A DNA stretch of 61,242 nucleotides from Pseudomonadota bacterium (GTDB lineage: Bacteria > Pseudomonadota > Alphaproteobacteria > Rickettsiales > UBA1997), in contig JAZKII010000058.1 of assembly GCA_040384945.1 (NCBI GenBank), positions 1 to 61,242 on the forward strand, read 5' to 3'. The position numbers and the translations under genes were made by a program. The stretch's first letter is position 1. Each line of letters begins with the position of its first letter. Below, one piece after another: positions 44,434-53,900 of this stretch. Under the pieces are notes generated by a model, which did not search any database, was not told the DNA's origin, and was given only the letters and a program-made list of their open reading frames with translations.

Positions 44434-45432
44434 ATGATTCAGCTAGATGAAAAGCAGGCGCGCGAGTTTCTTGCTAAAAATAATATAAAAGATTGCGAGA
44501 TAAAAAAAATCGCCGGAGATGCATCTTTTCGTTCTTATTACCGAATTTTTTTTGGTGAAGAAACTAACATTTTAATGTTCGCACCTCCCGGTTATGAAGA
44601 TGTGCGACCATTTGTGAAGATTGATGAATTTCTGGTTTTAAATAGTTTTTCTGCTCCCAAAATTTTTGCCCGCGATGAAGAATTAGGTTTTCTGCTTCTG
44701 GAAGATTTAAATGATGACACTTACGGCCGCGTACTTGCAACTGATGATTCATCAGAATTAACGCTTTATGAAAAAGCCTGTGATTGCTTGCTTGAATTAC
44801 ATCAACTTGAAGCGCCAAAAGATTTGCCGCTTTACAATCACGCTTTGCTTTTTCGCGAAGTGATGTTGTTTATTGATTGGTTTATTCCTGCGCAAAAAAA
44901 AGAAATTACTTTGGCAGAAAAAGCACAGTTTAAATTTTTATGGTTTCAACTTTTTGACCAATTAAGTCAATTTAACGCTGTACGAAATCATCTGGAAAAA
45001 AATTCAACTTCGGTGTTGGTTTTGCGCGATTATCATGCGGATAATTTAATGATTTTGCCAAGTCGCGAAGGCTACAAACAAGTCGGTTTGCTCGATTTTC
45101 AAGATGCAGTTATCGGACCAAAAGCCTATGATTTGGTTTCGCTTCTTGAAGATGCAAGACGTGATGTTAATTCTGCAAATCGCATAAAACTTTTTGATTA
45201 TTATTTAGAAAAATCTAATTGCGATAGAGCAGAATTTAGGCGCGATTATGAAATTTTATCTTTGCAGCGTAACATAAAAATAGTTGGGATTTTTTCTCGT
45301 CTTTCAATGCGCGACGGTAAACATGATTATTTAAATTTATTGCCGCGGGTTCTTGGTTTTGTAAAGTCCAGACTAGAATCGGGAAATCCGCTTTTTGCTG
45401 AAATGTCTCAATTGCTTAAAAAATTTATTTAA
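44434..45432 (+). CDS. Aminoglycoside-phosphotransferase-fold kinase, AmgK-like (anomeric MurNAc/GlcNAc kinase)
   Basis: GDASFRSYYRI, LRDYHADNLMIL and LLDFQDAVIGPKAYDLVSLLEDAR blocks. Confidence 0.65.
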   Translation: MIQLDEKQAREFLAKNNIKDCEIKKIAGDASFRSYYRIFFGEETNILMFAPPGYEDVRPFVKIDEFLVLNSFSAPKIFARDEELGFLLLEDLNDDTYGRVLATDDSSELTLYEKACDCLLELHQLEAPKDLPLYNHALLFREVMLFIDWFIPAQKKEITLAEKAQFKFLWFQLFDQLSQFNAVRNHLEKNSTSVLVLRDYHADNLMILPSREGYKQVGLLDFQDAVIGPKAYDLVSLLEDARRDVNSANRIKLFDYYLEKSNCDRAEFRRDYEILSLQRNIKIVGIFSRLSMRDGKHDYLNLLPRVLGFVKSRLESGNPLFAEMSQLLKKFI

Positions 45433-45436
45433 AAAT

Positions 45437-45937
45437 ATGGCTATCAATAAAAGTGAATTGGCAAACCAAAATCTTGATGTTCCTTCGTCGGTTCCAAATA
45501 ATGCTTCGGCTGAAATCATTGCCAACCTGCAATTAATCAGTGAAGTATTTCAAAAAATCGAGGAAGAAACCGCAGAAATGGCGGAGTTGATTTTTGATTA
45601 TTTGATTAATGCGACAGATGAACAAATCATGAATGGCACGATTCCCATTCATAAAAATAAAAGAATTAATGATTATATTAAAATTCTGAATCGCCTGTTT
45701 TTATTTTCGCGTAAAGCTTCAAAATCCGGGGGTTTAAGAATCATCAATCGTGAAACAGTTGAAGAGTTAGATAAAAAAACTTTTATGATTTGTATGGTTC
45801 AAGATGGCGGTGTTTCGCTGGATATTTTATGTGACATTGTAAATACAGAAAACCAGGCCAGAACTCCAAATGCTTCGCCGGTGAAAGTTACGGTCAGACA
45901 ATTATTTGGTGTGTCTCAAGGTACGGAAAGAATTTAG
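45437..45937 (+). CDS. Hypothetical protein
   Basis: ORF with its start set at MAINKSEL, because the longer form overlaps the preceding gene. I recognise no motif. Confidence 0.45.
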   Translation: MAINKSELANQNLDVPSSVPNNASAEIIANLQLISEVFQKIEEETAEMAELIFDYLINATDEQIMNGTIPIHKNKRINDYIKILNRLFLFSRKASKSGGLRIINRETVEELDKKTFMICMVQDGGVSLDILCDIVNTENQARTPNASPVKVTVRQLFGVSQGTERI

Positions 45938-46010
45938 TTTTTTTCAGCGGCAGGCTTCTTTTTCGAGGCAGAAGCAGAGTAGTATAGTAAGTCACAGTCA
46001 TAGAAATAGA

Positions 46011-46044
46011 AAAGGCGGGATCTCGTGGGAGATCCCGCCTTTTC
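46011..46044. terminator. Bidirectional rho-independent terminator hairpin
   Basis: aaaggcgggatctc-gtgg-gagatcccgccttt has A-tracts and T-tracts on both sides. It lies between convergent genes. Confidence 0.8.
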
Positions 46045-46076
46045 ATTTACTTTTTAGATTTTCTACTTTCTAAAAC

Positions 46077-46280
46077 TTACTTTTTCTTAGCTACAGTTTT
46101 TTTAGCAGGAGCTTTTTTAGCAGCTGGTTTTTTAGCTACAGTTTTTTTCGCAACTACTTTTTTAGCTGGAGCTTTTTTAGCAACAGTTTTTTTCGCAACA
46201 ACTTTTTTAGCTGGAGCTTTTTTTACAGCAGCTTTTTTAGCTGGAGCTTTTTTTGCTACTACTTTTTTGATAGGGGCCAT
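46077..46280 (-). CDS. Histone H1-like lysine/alanine-rich DNA-binding protein
   Basis: 67 aa made almost entirely of (A/V)KK(A/T)(P/V)AKK repeats. Confidence 0.7.
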   Translation of the reverse strand: MAPIKKVVAKKAPAKKAAVKKAPAKKVVAKKTVAKKAPAKKVVAKKTVAKKPAAKKAPAKKTVAKKK

Positions 46281-46288
46281 AATTTTTT

Positions 46289-47041
46289 TTACTTTTTATT
46301 GTTAAAATTTTTACCAATAAGAATTGCAATTTCGAATAATAAAATCATCGGAATTGCTAAACTAACCTGACTCAAGATGTCTGGGGGAGTAAGGACGGCG
46401 GCCACTAAAAAAATGATCACAATCCAATATCTTCTCTTCTTTCTTAAATCATTGGCGGACAAACAACCAACTTTAATTAAAAAAAGCAACAAGATTGGTA
46501 ATTCAAATGCGATACCAAATCCAAATAGTAAATTTGTTACAAAATTTAAGTATTCACTAATTCGTGTTTCAAGTTGAATCGGAAGTGAAGCAGATGTTGC
46601 GGAGCCTTGAATCTCAAAGCTCGCGAAGAATTGAAAAGCGACGGGCAAAATAAAATAATAAGCAAAAATTGCGCCGCATAAAAATAAAAGTGGAGCGAAA
46701 AAAAATGTTAATAGAATATTTTTTTTCTCATTTTTGTATAAAGCCGGAGATAAAAAAAGATAAATTTCGGCAGCAAAAATTGGGAAAGAAAAAAATAATG
46801 CAGAAGAAAGAGAAAGTTTTAAATAGGTCATGAAGGCTTCAGTGGGGCTGGTGTAGATCAATTTGCGATTCTGATTATTTTGTGAAATTTCTGCGAAAGG
46901 TTGTAATAAAAATTCGTAAATTTTTTCAGAAAAAAAATAGCAGAGTGCAAAAGTTATGATGAAAAATATTAGAGAAAAAATTACACGTTTGCGAAGTTCG
47001 GAAAAATGTTCGTGAAGTGTCATGAAGTTTTTTTTATTCAT
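46289..47041 (-). CDS. tatC: Twin-arginine translocase subunit TatC
   Basis: [17 protein letters not shown]-terminus; 6-TM layout; 250 aa. Confidence 0.85.
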   Translation of the reverse strand: MNKKNFMTLHEHFSELRKRVIFSLIFFIITFALCYFFSEKIYEFLLQPFAEISQNNQNRKLIYTSPTEAFMTYLKLSLSSALFFSFPIFAAEIYLFLSPALYKNEKKNILLTFFFAPLLFLCGAIFAYYFILPVAFQFFASFEIQGSATSASLPIQLETRISEYLNFVTNLLFGFGIAFELPILLLFLIKVGCLSANDLRKKRRYWIVIIFLVAAVLTPPDILSQVSLAIPMILLFEIAILIGKNFNNKK

Positions 47042-47109
47042 GTGGAGGATTTTTTAAGAAATTTTTTTGTTAAGAATTTATAATATATTTTTGAGATCGT
47101 ATAGAATTG

Positions 47110-47200
47110 AGCAGGACGGGGTTTGTAACCCCGTACTCACGTTCATGCAAAATTAATTGAACTTGAAAATGTGGACGGGGTTACAAACCCCGTCCAGCGC
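47110..47200. repeat. Family-A full double-hairpin element, 3' of the pilin-like gene
   Basis: agcaggacggggtttgtaaccccgtactcacgttcatgcaaaattaattgaacttgaaaatgtggacggggttacaaaccccgtccagcgc. Confidence 0.85.
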
Positions 47201-47281
47201 AGATTGGGTTATCACGTCATACGATTTTTATGCAAGTGTGGATTTGTATGTACAAAATACATCTTTCAAGCAAACACAAAA

Positions 47282-47992
47282 CTATCTCGCTTCAATTCGT
47301 AATTGGCAAACTGGGCTAATTGTACTTTGATTATATTCACCAAGCTTCACACATTCATCATTCATCGGAACATTTAACATATCACCACCAAGCGCAATAA
47401 TTCTGCCTTTTTGCGGATTGCCATCATCCATTTTTTTATCAAACAAAAATGCTTCTTCACTTTTCAGACTGCGATTATTTGTGTAAAGGCGATCAACATC
47501 GGCAAATTTAAAACCGATTTGGTAAAAAGTTTTTCCTTCATTTCCAAAAGCTACAATGCCGGAATTTTCTCCGATTTTACTTAATGGAAAAGTGCTGCCG
47601 TTTTTGGCATCGCCATCATCTTGGCCATCATAATTTTCATTGATCATTTTTGTTTTTGATAAATGAAGCCAGAACTTGGTTATTTCACCATTAGCCATGA
47701 GGATTTGCTGCACTCTATCTGTAATTATATTATCGTTATTACCATCGGTGCTAGATTCGGTGATACCATAAGCAACGGTGCTTTTAAGATCTCCTGGAAG
47801 TGCTTGGTATTTTTGAGTAAAATTATTGAGAGCAGCATCATATTTTTTGATCTGCATGATGAGGGATTTTACATCATTTTCTTTGATTATTTTTTTAACA
47901 AAGAAAATGCCGGCAATAGCGATGCTGATAATACAAAGTGTGATTAAAAATTCGATGATGGTAAAAGCGTTTTTAGAATTTTTATTTTTCAT
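47282..47992 (-). CDS. Type IV pilin / pseudopilin-like protein
   Basis: Prepilin-type N-terminus MKNKNSKNA|FTIIEFLITLCIISIAIAGIFFV with Glu at +5. A C-terminal Cys pair (NDECVKLGEYNQSTISPVC) resembles a pilin D-region. The start lies 7 nt after the stop of the 2424-aa gene. Confidence 0.7.
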   Translation of the reverse strand: MKNKNSKNAFTIIEFLITLCIISIAIAGIFFVKKIIKENDVKSLIMQIKKYDAALNNFTQKYQALPGDLKSTVAYGITESSTDGNNDNIITDRVQQILMANGEITKFWLHLSKTKMINENYDGQDDGDAKNGSTFPLSKIGENSGIVAFGNEGKTFYQIGFKFADVDRLYTNNRSLKSEEAFLFDKKMDDGNPQKGRIIALGGDMLNVPMNDECVKLGEYNQSTISPVCQLRIEAR

Positions 47993-47999
47993 AAATTTT

Positions 48000-50900
48000 T
48001 TATGAATTTTCGTCACCGCCTTTATCTCCATCAAATCTTTCAGTAAATTTTTTGAAGGCTTCAGGTGAATCTAAACCTTTAGTAGCTTTTGCAATTTCTT
48101 TTGATCTGTCTTCTTGCTCTTGCACAAATTTTTCTGCTGCTTCTGGAGATTCCAAGCTGTCATATTTTTTAACTAGCTCTTCAGCGCGTTCATAAGAACC
48201 GCTATGTGGAGTTTTGTTGTTAGGGTCTTGGTCTCTTGCTGCATCTTCTTTTTCCATTAAAGTTCTGGCGTGCTCAGAAAGAGCATCAGCTTTCTCAGCT
48301 GCATTACCAAGTCTGGTCGCATCGTCGAATTCTTTTTTACCTTCTTTTTCATCTTTGACTGCATTTTGATATTTTTCTTCTTTAGGATCTAGCGCCTTGC
48401 CTGTTGCTTTATCAGCCATTCTTTTCATAAGAGAAGGGCGTTCTTTAGCAGCTTCTTCTTTAGTTGCGCCTGCGGTTGCTATTTTTTCTTTGGCGGCAGT
48501 TTTTTTCTCGGCTATGGTTTGTGTAGTTCCAGCTTGTTTATCTTTTAATTTGGTAATGTTTTTATTTCTAGGTTCTACCGGAGCTTTAGCAGCGCTTCCT
48601 GAAGTTGGAGAGGCACCAGTAGGCGAAGTTGCGCCCGCTGTTGCACCTGCTGCTGATCCATCACTAGTTGAGGTAACAAGTGGATTTGTAACTTCTGATT
48701 CTGTCGCTGCTGCTTTGCTTTGTTCTTCATCTTTGTCACGCAGTAAGTCAGCTCTTTGTTGACCTTCTTCGCTAATTTCACTAGCAGTTGTTGCTGCGGT
48801 GTCGAATTCTTCGGTTGCTTGAAGTTTCTCTTTGATATTTTCCAATTTGGTATCGATTTGTCTGACAGCAGCACCAGCCAAATTTTGTTTTTTGGTAAGT
48901 TCAGCAAGTTTTGGATCTTCAGCACCACCCATTTGTCTGAGTTGGGATTGAGCTTTTCTAGCTTCCTTATCTTCTTTTCTGGCAGCAGAGTCGAGAATTC
49001 TTGGTATAGTGCCGGTAAAACCTTCGTGAGTTTTTTTAGCTTTTTCAGTTAATTCTGTTACTAATGCAGCTCTTTCTATGGATTCAGGTTTATTTTTATG
49101 TTCCTCAACTGCTGCGGTAGCGGTGTCGTAATCTTGCATTGCAGTTGCGCGGCCTTTTTCCAAATTCTTTTTCTCACCTTTAACTGCGGTAAGTTTTTCT
49201 TTACCTTGTTCTTTAGCAGCTTTGAGCAAGTCTTTCTTGGTGTCTTCTTTGATTGTTGCACCTTGTTTACCAATTGGATTATATCTTTTGGCTGCAGCTG
49301 ATATTCTTCCTCCGACTTGTTCAGAGAATCTGGCATTGTCAGGAATTGCGGCAATTTCTTTATTATAAGCTTCTTCTTTGGCGATGCCGGTCATGGTGTT
49401 TAAATCAGGAGTTTTAATTCCAGATTTTTTCTCATTTTCATTTTGTTTCACTCGATCTTGTATCATCTTCTTATCTGCATCCGGACGAGCAAAATTGGTT
49501 CCCGGAGCCATTCTAACCAAAGCTGTTTCTTTTTCTAATTGTTTGGTGGCTTCATAACCTTTTGGATCTGACAGTCTTTCAGCCATATCAGCTGCCGAAC
49601 TCATGGCGTTTGCTGCAGAGCTGACAGCTTTTCCGGCAGCTGCTGCTGTTTTTTTAACTGCCATCGCTGGTAATAAAACTGGTGATGCAAGAACCAGTCC
49701 TGCTGTTTTCAATTTATTTTCAGAAGTAAACTTAGCAGCAGAATCAATGTTATTACCAATTGAATCTCTAGTATTTACTATAGCTCTGCCTGTTGCTTTT
49801 CCAGCTCCTGCAACAGCTCCGACTGCTGCAATTCCAGCTCCTGCAACAGCTCCGACTGCCGCACCTCCAGCTCCTGCAACAGCTCCGATTGCCGCACCTC
49901 CAGCTCCGATTGCTGCACTGCCGGCTGCTTTTGCTGTTGTACCTGGATTGTGCAAAGCAAATTCAGCGCCTGCTGATATAGCTTTTCCAGCTGCTGATAT
50001 AGATTTTCCAGCTTGAGCTCTGGCTTCATCACCTTTTTCTGTTGGGCTCATAAGTGTTGCTGCGCCCATTGCTGCACTTGCAGCTCCAGATGCTGCGCTA
50101 GATGCAGCACCACCAATTGCTTTGCCGACAGAAGTTTCTGATGCAGCTTTTGCAGCGCTACTCATTGCGCTGCCGACGGCTCCAGCTGCGCCACCGACAG
50201 TTTTAGCTACGTCCGAAAGTTTTGCGGCAGTATTTTTTTCGACATCAATATTGCCTTTGGCAATATTTTCTTTGAGCGTTTTAGCATCTTCGGTACTCAG
50301 GCCTTTTCCTCCAGCTTGAGCAACAGAAAGTTTAAGATCTGATGATTTTTCGCTTAGAGATTCATTGAGAGTTTTAGCGCCCATGAATCTTTGTTTTAGC
50401 ATGCTGGCAGCAGCTCCGCCGATAGTATCTCCTTCGAATTTGAAGCCTTTATCCTTGTTCAATCTATCAATATCCTCATCTTTTAGGCCGAGATCTTTAC
50501 CTGCTTTGGTTTCAGCTGCATTTCTAACACCTTTCAGTATTTTGTTTCGTTCCCCTTCTTTCATACCAGAAAGCGCGACTTCATTTTTGTTGAAATAATC
50601 TTTTTCAGCTTTTTTACCGGCTTTGGACATGGCGCTTTTATTGGAGAAATCTTTGGCATTGTTGGCTTTGCGGGCGTTGCGTTCTTTATCCGCCATGGCT
50701 CCGGAATCGAAAAGAGCTTTATCCATTCTTTGCACGACTTGGCCACCGGTTTTATTCCATACATCTTGACGGGCTTTTTTAGCCATAGCACTAACTTCTT
50801 TAGCTGCATCAGCAATGCCTTTGCCCATTGCGCTGGCTGATAAACCACCACTAATTGAAGCGGCAAGATCAGTCATAAAGCCAATGAATTTATTCATTAG

Positions 50901-53900
50901 TGAGGCAATTACCCAAATGAAGAGAATGGAAAATAATGATGGAATACCTTCTGGATTTCCGATGTTGCCAACATCAGACTGCGCATTAGTTCTTGGTGGC
51001 AATGAGGCGATTGTCCAGAATGATAGTAATGTGATGCGGGTGATGATGTTGATGGTCCAGACTTCATCCCAGCAGATTTTGTAACCAAGTGAAAGTTTAA
51101 TAACTTCATACATCAACATATTGAAGAAGGCGAGAGTGGTGAGTAAGAAAATTTGTTGCAGCGAGAAGCCGATCAATTGCTTGAGCCAATTGTCGAACAT
51201 TTCCTTGGTTTGGTTGAAGAGCGTAAAGATGAGGAATATCGGCCCCAAAGTGAAGAGGATCGAGATAAATATCTGCGCCGTTAAATATAGTAATACGGCG
51301 TTGGCAACTGAGTAAACATAAAGCATGAAGCTTTGATAGATGATGAGCAAATAAGCCCAACCGAAGATACTGGCGAATAATAAAGCGGAGACTTTTTTCT
51401 GCACGGCTTGAGAGAAGAACATGCTGAAAACATTATCGACGCTGCCGAAAAGAACAGATTTATCGTAATAATCACTATTGGCAATTGCATCAGAGACGGC
51501 GTGGTTAGTTGAATCGTCAAAGGAGGCGGCCATCATGAAGGCGAGATAATCGGTGCCGTTTTTAAAGAACCTCACCACTAAATTATTGAACCAATCCCAA
51601 CCGGTTTCGCCGATAAAGAGATAGATTATACCGATCTTGATGATGCGGTTCATAATCTCGGAGTGGTTTAATTCACTGGTTCCCATTAGATAACCAACGC
51701 CGTAAAAGCTAAACATCACCACGAAACACATGGTTACGATTGCTTTGAACCTAGGATCGGCAATGACCAGTTTGTAAACTCTTTCTGCCTGACCAACGTT
51801 AGCTTTTTTACAATAATATTGTTTAGCGCAATTAGTGCCATCGCTGTCAATGCAGGTAGAACCTGTGTTGGTGTCGATAATGTCGTCTAGAGTGTCAACA
51901 TATAAAGGGTTATCTGTTCTTACGCCATCATTTGAGATAATGCTGCCAGTTGTGCTGCAATTACGTGTTTTTGGGCCATCCATAACTTCAATTACAGGAG
52001 CAATAACGCCGCCAATAATACTGGAAATGGTGCCTGTAACTTCGCTTTTTACCTTAATATTAACAAAATATGAGCCGCTATTATTGGCATATTTATTGGC
52101 GCAGTAATATTGTTTTATGCAGGTTTGAGTAGCTAACTCAGTAGCAGTACAAGTTTTGCCGGTATTAGGAAGGTTTGTAGTGCAAATAGTAGTGCAATTT
52201 TGACCCTCAGAGTCACAAGTACTTCCTGAATAATAACCCCGATTTCCATCGGAAGCATCGCAGCTATCTGTGTTATAAATTGGATTTGCAAGTTTGCTAC
52301 CATCGGCTGAGGATCCAGTAGCATCGGCTCCGCTGGAGAGATTACAATTTGTAATTTCAGGATCCATGATCTTGAAAGATAGTCTTAATTTCTGGATTGA
52401 GCTTTCAATATCATCTTGATCATCTTGTGATTTTGCTTTTAGGGTAGAAGCAGAATAATATTGGTAAGTGTGGCAGTAGAAATTAGCGCCGGCAACTGAA
52501 GCAACGCCATTATCATTTGCAGTACAATCCTTGGTGGTTCCGTTAACAACTAAAGAATAATTATTAGTGCGTAAGATATTGCCATAACCATCAAATCCAT
52601 AACTGGTTGAAATATTTGGTGGAGTGCCTGCTGGTGTTGTGCTTGTAGGTGGAGTAATCTCGATTAATTGGGGTTGATCGCTAATAGCAATCGGATCGGA
52701 GTTTTTGCAGAGTATGCCGCTGTCATCTTCTAAGCATAGTCGGCCTTGCAACCATTGGCCGTTAGAAAAATCAAGCATTCCGGATAGATTGATTTTAAAA
52801 CCATTGGAGCCGGAATAAGCGCTACCGATTACAGTGTTGTTGGTATAGGCATTGTAGGCACCGTTATTATTGGCAACGCTCACGTCATTCAAATCAGAAC
52901 CATCAAGCATGAAGAATCTTAACCTGCCTTCTGTTCCAAAAGTCAGAGGTTGTTGGAGCTGAAAAATTTTATTATTGCCAGTTGTATCTGTGGTTCCGGA
53001 ATCAACAAAGTTTTCAAGATTTCCATAACTACCATTAAAGGCACTGATTTTGGTAAGTCCTTTGGTTATTGTTGAATCTGCAAGTTCTGTATCAGAATAT
53101 CCTGTAGTGCCGTTGCGGATTAATGATACTTTACTGGTATAATTTTCCAGGTCGTAACATTGAATCATATTAGATAAAGCAATTTTACCTGACAGGCTGG
53201 CATTATCTTTCATCTTGTTAGAGCAGGCAGTGCAGGTTGCAGAAGTGATAGTGGTGGTGTAAGATTCTGAAGGGCAGGCGGTTGTAGTTGGTGCTGTTAC
53301 TGTACAAGTTCCTTTTTGATAAAGAGGAGAAACACCATCAGGACAAGTTATAGTGGATTGGCAATTAGTAAGTGGACAATAATTAGATGTAGATGCGCTA
53401 TCAGAACATTCACTGGCAACTGCCTTACAACCGATCAATGTTCCGCTACTATTATAGTCTTGGGTGCAGGCTGTATTTAAAACATAATCAGATGCTGTTC
53501 CTCTGCAAAGTAATGCAGGTCTTGGTTCAATCATCATTGCCATTCCAATGCCGCATTGACGATTTCCGGCGCTTGTTGTCCAGGCTCCATCCCAACTCTT
53601 AGGTGAGAAGCGGATTACTTGTCCTTTTCTAACAAAGGATAAATTTGACCAGCTTATTGTCGAGCTTGATGCTGGTACGGTTAAATTGGCAAGAGGATCT
53701 TTTGATGATGTAGGTATTGTAGCGAAATTATCATATTCATATATATCATCACTAGCAAAAGTTCCTTCCGGATTCATAATGCGGGCCTTAATTGTGCAAT
53801 TTCCGCTGCCGTTAAGCATGGTAAATTTTACAAAACCGGACTTTTGCATTTTTAATTCGTGGTATTTATTAAATTTGACCCCGATTCCTTTGCCGCAAGT

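Noticed and set aside
45395-45436. Upstream start (MLKCLNCLKNLFKN) for the hypothetical gene
   Set aside because: It overlaps the last 38 nt of the kinase gene in another frame. The ATG at 45437 follows the kinase stop directly and is the more economical start.
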